This document shows, piece after piece, positions 51,801-63,952 of a DNA stretch of 64,000 nucleotides (position 1 is the stretch's first letter; the number at the start of each line of letters is the position of its first letter). Under the pieces are notes generated by a model. That model was not told the DNA's origin, made no database searches, and was given only the letters and a program-made list of their open reading frames with translations. The translations under genes were made by a program, and so were the position numbers. The DNA is from Lingula anatina (lineage: Eukaryota; Animalia; Brachiopoda). The DNA is taken from assembly GCA_051362555.1 (NCBI GenBank), contig CM120649.1, positions 12,896,001 through 12,960,000 of the forward strand, written 5' to 3'.

Positions 51801-54444
51801 CTTGCTTTTCTGGCAATAACTTCCCACTGTGGACACAGTTGATAGAACTGTTATTAACATCTAACCATGAAGATGGCCGGTGGTCACTGTAAACCTTGTC
51901 TACAATGGCCGGAGAACCTGGGACATCAACAAAGTCATCATTATGACCATTAGCCTCAGGAATGCATTTGCTCTGAACATCAGCTGTGTTGAGAGGCTCA
52001 TTACTCCAACATGCACCACTTTGTTTTCCAATGCTTGCAACATTCACATTAGCATTAACAGTATCAGTCTGTTTCTCTGTTGGTAACTGGGTGTACTTCT
52101 CTGAAAAATTGTGTGTGCTTTTTCTACTGTTTTCTTCTTCGGCACCTCTATCCTCACCATTCAGCTGCTCTTCCTTCTTTGTTGTCAGTTCATTGGGTAC
52201 ACACTTTCCAAAATTTCCCCTACCTCTTTTTTTCTCACGTTGGTCTTGGCCTGTTGTACAACTCTCACTGCTATTTCGTCTCAGTTTTCTCTCTGTATCA
52301 TCTACTACAACATCATCATCAATGTTTTGTGTTTTAACAGTGCTCTGATTTCTGTCTTCTGTACTTTCTACACTGTTCTTTTCCTCTCCTGTGAAGCCCA
52401 CAGTGCCCCTATTCAATCTGGGCAATAAATCACTGGTAGAAGTTGTAGCACTAAGACAAACCCAGTTTGATGTAGGACTGGTAATGTTTCTTCCCTCAGC
52501 TGGGGACTCCCGGGTCGTGGTGTAATAATAATCACTCGTAACTTGCCTCCAAGGCTGTTGTTGCGTGTTGTTGCTGTTGTAATTATTATAATCACTAAGA
52601 GATTGAGCTGGAATTAAGGTCGTTGGTTTGCATAGGAGGGGGATAATGGCAGGACTGCTGTTGAATTCCTGTGATTTTACAATGTGGTGATTATCATCTT
52701 GTCCCACACATGCACTCCCCTCGCTTACAACTCCTCCCTCTTTTCTTCTGTCCTTCTCTAATTGTTGCCCTGATCCTGAAACTCCACCTGGGAATATAGG
52801 GTTCTCTTTCAGAAAATGATGACCCTCGTTTGGGAAATGACTCTCCTGCTTAGCAAAAATGATGTCTTCTGGCCCTAGGGCAAATAGCCTTGTACTGCCA
52901 TCACTATTATCATCATTAGTTGTGCTGTAATTACTATCATCACCATCTATTTTATACTTCCTGGAAGAAAATTCACTTTTCCTCGACTTCACCTGCTGAT
53001 CTTTCTGTGTGACTGGCGATGTGTCTTCTCTCTTTGCCCTCTGTGTAGAAATACTCTGGAGGTTTCCCTCTACTGGTGCCCTCTGACCTTTCTTGTGGAT
53101 ACTTATGACTTCATCAGCATGTGCCCTCTGACCTCTGATATGGATATTAATACTGCACTTGTTGTGATTTTCAGGCCTGGGACTTGTATGGACATCAGTC
53201 TCAATTAGATGTTGTTTTTGTTTATGATCTGATGCTGGGTGCGTTGATGTGGAGTGTTCCAACAGGAGGAATGTGCTCTCGTTAGCTGTGGTGAAAAATT
53301 CACTGTCACTCAGGAAACTTTCTTCTGCCTCCTCTAGACCTCCAGTGGTATCCGCAGAATTAATTATTAAAGTTTCTCTACTCTCCTTCTCTTGGCCATC
53401 TGTAGATTTTACAGTCTCTTCCACTGAGTTACCCTTCCCCTCAACAGCATTGATTTCAACAGGGTTTCTCAATGAAGAACTTGAAGACTTATTATTCTTG
53501 CTGGCTTTTACAGAGGCTGTTACTGTGCCAAAGTCGGGATTATAAGTGTCTCCTATTGTGCCGTGTGTTGTAACTCTAGACTCCACCAAAACCAATTCAG
53601 TTGTGTCATTGGAATGTGATGCCGAATGCCAATCTCTACTGAAATCTTCACTGCTTAAATGGTTCACCTCATTCAGTTGAAGTGTTAGAGTTGCAGCTTG
53701 GTCGTATTCACTCTGTCTTCCATCAAGTGAAAAATCCTGTTTATGCTGAGAAGATAAACCTACAGCTCCAACTTTCTCTTTCTCATCATATTCACCAAAT
53801 TTGTTTTTATAAACATCATTGTTGGATGAGTGGCACTCTCTCAACAGTGAGTCATAGCTCTTAGCTCTCAAATCGGAATAATTATTGCCACTACCACTGG
53901 TGTTTTGAGGCTCTGAAAACACAAACTTAGATTCTGTATTCTGTTTGTCTTCACTTAAATGGTTTTTACATGAGCCGAAGCCCAATGAGAGAGATATTGA
54001 ATTATAATCTGTCTTCTTTTCTTGTTCACCTCCTCTTTGGGAGTCAGAAACTGTGGCTCTGGAGTTTTTCCTCTTCCCTTTCTTGTTACATGTGCTCAGG
54101 TTATTCTTAGCTAGGGTGGAAATATCTCTGTGCTCACTTATCCCGGTATCAACAACACTCCCAGGTGCATTAAAACTAGTGTGGGAGTCTAAACAGACAT
54201 CGGAGTCTTCTGGCGATGATGATTTTTTTAATAACTGCTCTTTTTTGATACTTTCACAGTCTGGGTCACCATGGCAATGCTCCTTAGGGTGAGTTCCTTC
54301 CTCTCGTGACTGTGTGCTTAAGTTATGTGATTGTGAGTGCTCATAATTTGCTTCTCTGGAATTGGGTAATTTGGGAGTTAAATCCACTTCTACTGGGCTG
54401 TCAGGCCTAATGCAGGAATGTAAGTTATTTTGTTCAGACTCCAT
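48837..54444 (-). CDS. Large minus-strand gene, first coding exon (5608 coding nt of a ~5.7-kb exon); low-complexity, probably disordered
   Basis: 1888-aa ORF; the ATG is directly preceded by in-frame TAA. Acceptor ttttatttacag| at 54555; donor AAG|GTACAG at 48837 (phase 1) fits the next exon. No transposase, RT or other recognisable domain. Confidence 0.9.
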
Positions 54445-57400
54445 TTAGCCAGTTAAAACTAAGGAGCCGTTGTAATGAATTTTGAGTGGTGGGGATTTTT
54501 CTGTCAGAGTGGGTCGCTGGAATCTTTCATGCTCTCTCTGATGCTGGTTTTGGCTCTGTAAATAAAACAAACAATTTTCAGAATTATTTCCGATGCATCG
54601 AGAGAATTATCATGCTTTTAGCTCTGTTAATGTAGCAACATAATTTTTCATAATTATTACTGATGTATTGAGAAAATTGTTATGGTTTTGGCTCTGTTAT
54701 TGTTATAGCATGATTTTTGTAATCACTACAGATATCAGGAAAATTATATGGTTTTGCCTCTGGGTGATGTGGAGAATTTCTCTTTTCTCTTTTTTTTTTT
54801 TTGGGGGGGGGGGGGGAGAAGGTTTTTTACGTAAAATGAACAAACCAACTTTTAATCAGTTCAAAAACTGATTTCACTGTTTTGCCCTTCTATCCATAAT
54901 CTAAAATGCAGACAAAATGTTGCAAAGATTAAACAATACATGTACTAGTACCTTGAGATTACCCCTGTATTGTCAAGTTTCTAATTCCATTTGATGTTTT
55001 GGATGACATATATAAGTCTAAATGTAAATGTAACATGAACAGTCATATTCACTCAAGAAATAATCCTGGTTTCCATTCCAATACTTGTTGCAATGATTTA
55101 AGTATTAGTAGGCTATGAGTGATTTTTAAAAACCTACACTGCAATAACTTTGTTAACTTTGTATAAAAACAACCAGAAATGAATTTAACCTCGTAAAATA
55201 AATAATGATGATAAGTTTGTAAACTATTTCACTTTTAATCAAACTAAGCTGACAATATAAATCTCCGCCTATTGGCATTTCAAAATGATGGTGATTTATC
55301 CACTAAGTAGATTAAATTTGAAGATCTAGTAGCTATTCCATGGTGTTTTTTCCTTCCCTCCGTAAAAACCTCTCTCCCAACCCCATCATTAAACAGTATC
55401 TTTTATCCCAGCCAGTTAAGACCAAGAGAGTTCATAATGATGCCAGTTGCTTATAAATGAGTTAAAGTTTTTACTGAAAAAAGAGGAAAATGTTAAATAG
55501 GGGCATCTTACTATGGAATTAGTTACCTTCAAGTTCTGTCAGGCTTGTGCTTGACAGTTTGTTTATTTTTCAATAACAATCATTATTTTTAAAACAAATC
55601 TTGAGCACCGTCTTCAAATGTTTGTTTGACAAACTTCTTCCACTACTTTTCTACATATTAAAACCCTGAAGCACATAAAAGTAGCAAATTCCAGGTGGTT
55701 TTACAGATTTGTTTTATATTTTACTGATTGTAATGCCATGCTGTTTTTAACCGTTTCAAGACAAATATCACAAAGTGTGTGTGTGTGTGTAGGGAGAGGG
55801 GGGATTGAAAATTTGCCACCTGGACACTCAGTCTGACTACACGTGCATGGACACCAGTGAAATTCATGACCTTTCACAACTGCTTTGCTGTAAGTTTTAC
55901 CTTAGAAATTCTCAACACCACACTCACTCCAATGTACTACTTCAAGATTAAATTATTTTTTAGTTCTTTGATCAAGCTGAAAAATGCACTTTCTGATATC
56001 TTGCAGTTTTCAGGACATTTTAAACAACATTTTTTATTTCCTTTAAAAAATCTTAAGTTTATGTTGTTCAAATCTGATAAGTAATTATCATTGATTTTAA
56101 GAATAAATCTTTCAAACTAACCTGCTAAACTAGACCTTGAAAGACCAGGCAAATGTCACACCTTTTAGCCTGACCTCCCCACCTGTCCAGCTACAGACCT
56201 TGTCAGATAAAACAAAATTCCACCTCCATCAAACCCTCGCTGCTGCACCTTTCCATGTTCTGGAAAAATAATTCACATGTGAAATATGCCGTTTTCATTT
56301 GAAATTGATTGCTAGAGTATGTACACAATACAATTGTCATTATGAAATATTTTCACTCTATGTTTTTCCAAATGAAGTTTCTCATCAAAAGTGCAAATTT
56401 ATGTCTTGAAAAAAGTAGTTGTGTTTTAAAAAAATATTATACTGCAAATTCTGTCTTTATCTGATTAAAAACATTTTATTTTATTGAAAATGTTTTGTCC
56501 CTGATGGTTAAAGGAAAAAAAATGTTTTTGCAATGAAATCCCCCCCCAAAAAATTTTTTTGAAATCTTGTTAAATCAACCTGTGGCACCTTGAATTCTTC
56601 AAAAAAATTACAATTTAAACAATAAAATAAAATCTCTCTTTTATGAAATGCATTAATTTTCTTGTGTGCACATGTGACCCAGCAAATTTACCTCCACAAA
56701 TCTTCCAACATAATTCATTTGGCAGCGCAAACATTGTAAAAGTGAAAACTAATTCCATTCCTAGCACTTCAAATATCATAAATTTTAACATTTTCACACA
56801 GGTGTAACCTTAGCATTTTATGCAACTGGCACTAAAACTGTAATAACTCACTGAACTTGAAGGCATTGCAGTTATATAATTTCATTATTAAAACTGATAT
56901 GATCTAAAACATATAATTCAGAAGTACTGTAAGTTGGATGGAAGTCAGAGAGAGACTATAGTTTTCTTTTTTTTAACATTTGAAAAAAAAATTGAATTGA
57001 AATGTTGGAATGAATGAAGTCCTCAACATTTATAAACAACTACCACACTTCTGTCATCATTTCAAACAAATAAAACCAAACAAACTAAGAAAGGCAGGCA
57101 GCTGACAACACAGTATCAAAATATTATAGTTAGCTGTCAATTAAAAAGACCTGAAGTTTATGGTTCCTAATCAATGATTATAAATCAAATTGCAGCTAGG
57201 TGAGTCATGTTGTACATCAAGTAACATGTATTGTAACAATTCTTCAGTTCAGTTATTTTGCAGCACTGTCTCTGGGAAAAGTATCATGCTAAACTGCTAA
57301 ACTTTGTTGCACTAAACTGCTAAATGATCATTTGTTGTTGGTAAATTGAGGGCAGGATCATTCAAATGTCTATTGGTCTAAAACAAAACACTGCTTAACT

Positions 57401-59411
57401 GATCCTATCAGCTATACTAAAACAGTTGCATAGACTTTTAACTGTTCTATAAATATCATGTGTAATGGCTTTGTTTTCCTTTCTTCTAGTATATTTGTCA
57501 ATCATTATAATACCTACTAGTACCATTTAAGATTGGTGTTTTTACACAAGAGTGACAGTGAGTAATAGTTTTACATTTTATTTCATAGTATGTACTCAAG
57601 GAGTTAAAAGAAGTAACAGACTGGTCATAAAAGATCCAAACAAAATTTATAAAGATGTTGATAAAAGACATAAACAAATAATGCAATCTACCACATAAGA
57701 CACACAGGGCAAACAGATGAAATGTGTTAGTTGAGATCAGAAACACAATTGCCCAACTATTTTCAACTGTTGTGGGGAACTAGAGAGAAGGCAACAGGAA
57801 ACAGGAAAATCTGAAAAAAGGACAATCTCCTTTTGTCCCCAAATTTTCAAAAAATAAAAAAAAAATGGAACAAAATCCTGTTTCTTATACTGATCACTTC
57901 TGTTCATACTTTTTAAAAATAAATTTCAAGGAAAAAAACCTTTCTGTATTCTACATTTTATCAATTGCACAAATGGAATGGCATCTGATTTGTCTGAACT
58001 TGAAGTAATTTTAGATCATGTTTGATTTAAATAGTAGTAGTCAGTATACTAGTACAAATTTCCCAAATCAAGGATTAAGATATTTTTTCATTACATTCTG
58101 ATGTCCTTTATCTGGCAAAAAAAAAGTTTTTCAGCTTACCTCCAACTTTAGTATAAAATGTTAGATCTATCAGTTACAAGGCATAATTGGGAAGAAAAGG
58201 AAAGTGTCTTGTTTTAATCTTATACAATACAAGCTTTTCTTAGACACTAAAAAAAAAATGTCAGCATATGTTCTCTATCACATATATCTTAGTATCTTTA
58301 TGACAAAGTATAACCGCCAATACTTACTAGTACAAACTGTTGGCTATATAACTCCTCTCTCTCTCTCTCTTGCTCTCTCTCTCTCCCTAGGGCTCTCTCT
58401 CTGTCTGAATACCAGCCAACTTTTGATTGTTAATTTTATTATTATAAAGTGAATCTTCAACTCTGAGAGCACAGGCTCAACCACCAATTACATAAGTGGA
58501 AGTGCATAATAGTGAAACATGCAAAACAATGCAGGCATGCTGTTATGATCCAAGTCCTATAGGCTCAACCTCCTCTGGCTTCTAATTGGATTCATTTCTT
58601 ATTCAATGGATTCAACATAATGCTTCAAAAGCATTACCTTACCTCATTAGGTTTGACTGCTATTAATTCAATTAGCTCACTTTAGGGTTAACCACGATTT
58701 CAAGAAATACAACCCTGTTGAAAATTCTTGTTGGAATTGAGGAGGGGGGGGGGGGGGGTAGTAGGGCTAATTCTGAACAGACGTGCTTTTAAAATTGGAA
58801 ATGTAATTATCAACAACAGGAGTGAGGCAGAACTAACAAAGGAAAATTTAACTTTATGGCTTGACAACACACCATTTTAGAAGAGGAGGGTGGGAGTGTG
58901 TGTGGGTGTGTTTGTGGGTGTGTGTGGGGTGGGGGGGGGGTAGCATGGCCACAGGAGAGGAGAAAAACTGGCATCACTGGCAGCTACACAACAGTTGAAC
59001 GGCGGTGGTATTTTTATTCAATAGGGATATAGTTCTGGGTCCAAGAATGTTGGAGCTCTTAACGTCATCAGTCCCCAATTATAAAATATATACACATCCA
59101 TAAAATACATAATGCGTACTTGGGTACTGTAGTACGTTGTAGTGTTACTGTTACTACATACGTGCTAGACATAAACCATGACGATACAAACTAACAGACT
59201 GGACATAATTAATAGGATAGCAAGATACACACAGAGGTGTTAAACGGTAAAAAAAATCTGCTAAATCCGTCTAGACAGTAGTCAGACACTGCCAGACAAT
59301 CGGACAATTCGTTGCTGATCGTTGTCAACATTACGCGGCCTGCGATAATTAAACTTATTTCAGTAATTTATTTAAAGTCTATTCCCCAAATTACACAGAT
59401 GATAGTCTTAC

Positions 59412-59540
59412 CTAATTCATCCTCGATTTCCGCTTTTAGTGGTGTCAGCACAGGAAACACAGGATCGGAAATAATCTCGATTAAAGAGATCCAATATGTT
59501 TCAAATTTAAACTTCGCTCGGTGACCTGAACATGTCGTCT
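59412..59540 (-). other. Probable non-coding first exon (5' UTR) of the large gene; 5' end approximate
   Basis: Donor TAG|GTAAGA at 59412, at the point where CpG frequency rises; CRE and CCAAT motifs just upstream. Confidence 0.6.
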
Positions 59541-59632
59541 GTGACCTCTGACGTCATAGGGTCATGTCACAACGGCTTGTTTCGTTACCGTTAAAATGAT
59601 ATTTGAGGGTCATTTAGAATTACTACCAATCA
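59541..59632 (-). promoter_or_regulatory. Candidate promoter: palindromic CRE (TGACGTCA 59549-59556) flanked by TGACCT/GGGTCA half-sites; CCAAT at 59626
   Basis: Motifs are seen directly next to the candidate first exon; function is inferred. Confidence 0.5.
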
Positions 59633-59887
59633 AATAAGATGCTACCTGGGCATTTAATAGTGAGAAATACGTTGCTTTGTATTAATTCTCATTCTGTGCA
59701 GGGCAATATATTAGACTGAAACGCTCTATTTATTTTGCTCTCGTGCACCTGACGAGAAATCTCGATATTGACCTGTTTTGACCCTGCAAAACAAAAGTGC
59801 ACCAGTTGGAAAGTGGTTTCACAGGTTCCGCTTGGCAAGTTAATGTGCTATTATTCATTTTTTAGATTAAGTAAGCTTTTCTCCAAG

Positions 59888-59906
59888 GCACACGCACACA
59901 CGCACG

Positions 59907-59958
<52 letters not shown>

Positions 59959-59962
59959 GAGA
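59888..59962 (+). repeat. Compound (CA/CG)n(GA)n microsatellite
   Basis: Directly visible. Confidence 0.9.
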
Positions 59963-62012
59963 ATGCACTTGCTTTATATTTCTACTGCATTAGTTGCGCA
60001 GCGTGGACGGTTGAACCGCTAATACAGTCACACTCGACTATTGAACAGCGGGTTCAGTGCAGAAACATCCTCATTTTTATAAGCATTAAAAACAAACAAT
60101 CGAAAACACTTTTTTGCCTACATCTGTCGTTGTAACTGGACGCCAACTGTTTATTATGACTAAAATATATTTCGAGAACACAAGTAAGCCTACAATTCCT
60201 TATTTACAAGGAGTCGAAAAAATTAAGCTTAATCCAGGGAGAAAAACAGAGATTAGAAAAAAAGGAAGAAGTATTGATTTGATTTCAGGGCAAAAAATAT
60301 GACAATAGACTGGTGAGCGAACTACATCCCGAAAGTATTCAGTGCGACATTAGCGCCATTGAAATGTCTCTATGCAGCTGTGATGTGGGTGGGGGGGGTC
60401 CCCTTAGAAAGCATTCGAACTGTTTTTGTTAAAAAGGTCTCTTGGCGTGTAATTTCAGTGTAAAATTCCTAAACATTCTGAAAAGAAAAAGAGGCGGTTT
60501 CTTTGTGAATATCTGAGACTGTGAGCAGCCTTGCCGATCAACGTAGCAGATTGCATTGTACGTTCGATATTCGGAGGGCTGGTCCCTTCTTTCAAAGTTC
60601 TCCATTTTTGCTTTATGAAAACTTACATGATTCCGTAGATGGTTAAGTATGACGCCACAGAGGCATTTTGCATGATGTCATAGAGAGTGCAGCGGCTTTC
60701 GTATGATAACACAAAAACTTGTCCAATGTAGCCAATTAGGCTAAATATATTTTGCGTTTAATATTTCATATTTCAGTTTTAATCTGTTATCGCAAGAAAT
60801 TACTAATGGCAGATCGCAAAAGAAAATGCGAAGAGAGCCTCCCTATAGGCCTACTATATGCCAGGACTGCAGATTAATTATATGCACATTTCTCTAACTC
60901 ATACAGAAAAGTGCTAGGGATTAACCAGTGCCATATCTGCAAATATATAGACCTAGTGAAAATCAAAAATCAATATGTGGTAGCGGTGTAATATAGGGCC
61001 TGACAGTTATATATGTTAGAGAGAGAGAGTGTGAGTGAGAGAGAGGGAGACTCAGGGGGGAGGGAGAGAGATCGTGTCAGTCAGAGTGCACTTTTTTACG
61101 GGGTAAAACAAATTATAGTGACACGTAGGACATTGATAAAAACGACGTGAAATATGACATTAATCATGTTAAATAATCTCTCTGTCGATCGCGACTCCTA
61201 CAGCATTTTTGTGACTATAAATGTTTGCTTTCTCTTTATCGCAATAAATCTGGGACACAATAGCGTGACAAAGACCACCAAAGAAAAAATGACCATCGAC
61301 TCATCATAAAAGGAGTGATTTCATCTGATTTTCTTTCAGTATACTAGCATGTTTCCAATCTGGATCTAATCTTCGCCAATTGCCTTTTACGGCAACAAAC
61401 ATGTACATCATGTTCTACGTGGGTCGCACACGTAGGCTTTTGATTTCGCAATGACATAGGTTTCGGTGCGGGCGCACTGCATGGTCAGGGGGAGAAAGCG
61501 GTTCGAGTGCGTTCGTACCCTAGGCTTAACTTCGTTCACATTTTAACTAGTAATTTTAATGCTGTTTTTCTGAGTATTCAACCCCTACCAAAAAGGTGTC
61601 ACCCCTAATGCAATGTGTAAAATAATACAAAAAATCAAGTCATAAAATAATGCTTTTCATTCAACTTGTAAAAAAAATTACTGATTTCTAACTATTGTTA
61701 AAAAATCAAAGTCACTTTTTGGTATTTTGCAAAGTATCCTCTGGATTAGAGTCAAAAACTTCTGCCGAGTGCTAAGATAATTTGCGACCATTTTTGTTTG
61801 CAGGGTCATCTGTTCGGCCTAACGTAGACTGTCTTGCCGACCCACTTGAAAGCTTACCGCCTAATCCCCGAGAGGGATCTATTCAGTGTCTACTAGGGAT
61901 TTATTCGGCGAGCTGTCAAGTGGAGCGGTCAAATTTGATGCGCGGATCAGTTAGTCCACGGATCAACTCTGAATACGCCATAAGAAGCCCCCAAATCGAA
62001 TTATATCACTTG

Positions 62013-62228
62013 GGCTCTATTCCCAGAGCTTTAGATCGATCTATCCCCGCGGGGAGTCTCACTAGAATACTGTCAGATAATCCGACTTCAATGTCCGTCC
62101 CGCCTACTACAAGCAGTAAGGGGGTAATTAACTTTCGTGTCCGCCCGGCTGACAGCTATATTTAGCGTGAACCCCCAGGGAGTTGGGTCGATCTAAAGTA
62201 GATCGATCTAATCTCTGGAAATGGGGTC
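62013..62228 (+). mobile_element. 216-bp MITE, copy 2 (TSD TTG)
   Basis: Same length and highly similar sequence as 14023-14238; TTG on both sides. Confidence 0.9.
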
Positions 62229-62519
62229 TTGCTCCGCTAGTCCATCTCCCTCTCAAATGACCAAGACAATGACGCTGTTAATGCCCACGAACCATACAAT
62301 TAGGGTCAGTCTAGAATGCCCGCCTTACCTGACCCCTACCTGTATGACTAAACTGATGACCACGGACGATATAAAAATAATTGACTTAAAAACTGCCTGT
62401 TCATCCCCACGGTTTGGGCACTTATAGCTTTGTTGTAAAAAACATTCACGTCATGAATCTGACTACTCCACGTGCCTTCGATGATGAAGCTAAATTATCT
62501 TTAAACTTAATAACCTGGA

Positions 62520-62627
62520 CATGCGGAAGTTTAGATTAAGCGGGCCGTGCATTTGCACGCGGCTTCCAACCGAAAATGTATAAAAGAGACCCCAGAACGG
62601 GCAAGTTGTTACGGAAGTAAAAGAACC
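62520..62627 (+). promoter_or_regulatory. Core promoter of the astacin gene: TATA box TATAAAAG at 62579-62586, Ets-type CGGAAGT motifs
   Basis: The TATA box starts 49 nt before the ATG; CGGAAGT at 62524 and 62612; start context gaaccATGA. Confidence 0.7.
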
Positions 62628-62696
62628 ATGAGAAACGCACAGTTATCGCCGCGGGTTGCCGTCGCAGCACTGACAGCAGCAGTCTGTGCAGTTTGG
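62628..62696 (+). CDS. Astacin-family (M12A) metalloprotease, exon 1 (signal peptide MRNAQLSPRVAVAALTAAVCAVW)
   Basis: ATG after the TATA box, hydrophobic core, donor TGG|GTGAGT phase 0. Confidence 0.85.
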
Positions 62697-62887
62697 GTGA
62701 GTGGCCTCTCCTGCTTAGTTTAGTGCCAATATTGATACGTACCCTTTCCATTTCTCTATCTAACGCGCCAAATGGTTGTGTAATGTGGTGTTTAGTTATT
62801 TTGCCTTATGATTTCTTAACTGTTCGTATTTTGCCGAAGGCGCTAGATATTATGCTTATTCAAACGTACCATTCTGAAACATTTCAG

Positions 62888-62948
62888 CTATCAGAAGTAT
62901 CACACGCACAAACGATGGATGAACTTATCAACAGTGCAGCAAATGAAA
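62888..62948 (+). CDS. Astacin-family metalloprotease, exon 2 (LSEVSHAQTMDELINSAANE)
   Basis: Acceptor catttcag|, donor AAA|GTAAAT phase 1; S-H-A fits a signal peptidase site. Confidence 0.75.
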
Positions 62949-63389
62949 GTAAATATCAACATAACTTTTCATCATCTTCCTAGTTCTACACCTACACCTA
63001 GTATTAAAGTGTTCCAGTTGCAAAGAGTAAATAAACATATCATCAGTAAGTAAAAAAAAAAAGGGGGGGGGGACGAGTAGGGTAAAAAGTATGTCTTGTT
63101 TCGGAGTAAAAGTCGGATAGTGGTTCATTTGCTTTTAATTTGCTTTAATTCTGCGTATCTCGTAATGTTCTAGCCAGTATTATTAAAATCAGTAGAGTTT
63201 TTATCCTAAATTATTGCCGACTCACATGAAAGCATGCCGAGATTTAAATGATCTGCCCCTACTGGGGCGGCGCAAATGGGAAGCGGGAATCTATTATCAA
63301 GTGCGTGTCTCTTTTGATTGTTGGACTTGTCAGCCCGCGGATCAACTGTTTCTGAACAGGTCCTTACTCTTGTTCTCATACCTTTCCAG

Positions 63390-63501
63390 GCAGAGCTTTA
63401 GAACTCTTTCAAGATGACAGTGTCATACTACGCGAACTAGACATTTTAGAGCTGCGGGAGGACTACCTCGCTCTCGCAAGAGCCAGGGAAGAGGAGTTTG
63501 G
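63390..63501 (+). CDS. Astacin-family metalloprotease, exon 3 (propeptide, ...ILRELDILEL...)
   Basis: Acceptor cctttccag|, donor TGG|GTGAGT phase 2; ELDIL resembles the astacin propeptide FEGDI motif. Confidence 0.85.
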
Positions 63502-63539
63502 GTGAGTCGATTTGTCGTGTATGAGGACAGTAAGGATCC

Positions 63540-63543
<4 letters not shown>

Positions 63544-63574
<31 letters not shown>
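63544..63574 (+). repeat. (AC)n microsatellite in astacin intron 3
   Basis: Directly visible. Confidence 0.95.
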
Positions 63575-63575
<1 letters not shown>

Positions 63576-63830
63576 TATAGCACAACAAATGATTTAAATG
63601 ATTCGCTTTCAGTAGCAAAGTTGCAGTTATGAAACGGGTGGTGATATCTCGATGTTTAGTTTGACTGGAATAAATATTATCTGAAGGTTTTTTAAGACAC
63701 GAACGCATCTTAATAACTTGTGAATTATTTTTTTCTGACAAAATTTTAGTAAAAGTTTTACAACGAAAGACAAATGCTATCACCACTTCCCATTTGTTAA
63801 ATAAACCGTTTTTCTGTTTGATCTTAAAAG

Positions 63831-63952
63831 GCCTCCAGACAAGGATGGCAACTACGGGGAGAAACGAAGGCGAAAAAAGAGGAAAGGCATACGGGATAGA
63901 AGACGACGATGGACAAATAATATAGTCCCATACACAATCTCGTCGGTGATGA
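63831..63952 (+). CDS. Astacin-family metalloprotease, exon 4 (furin site and start of the catalytic domain); gene continues beyond the window
   Basis: Acceptor gatcttaaaag|G, donor TGA|GTAAGT; translates PPDKDGNYGEKRRRKKR-KGIRDRRRRWTNNIVPYTISSVM, the RxKR plus W-x4-(I/V)PY pattern at the start of astacin domains. The HExxH motif is not in the window. Confidence 0.88.

Noticed and set aside
46466-54292. Many plus-strand ORFs antisense to the giant exons
   Set aside because: Expected shadow ORFs of long coding exons; no independent splice or start support.
48778-54444. The 1888-aa ORF as a retroelement or viral polyprotein
   Set aside because: No gag, protease, RT, integrase or transposase motifs and no LTR or TIR; it splices in phase to five further exons.
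61782-62165. 127-aa plus-strand ORF
   Set aside because: Runs through MITE sequence, starts at TTG and has no protein features.
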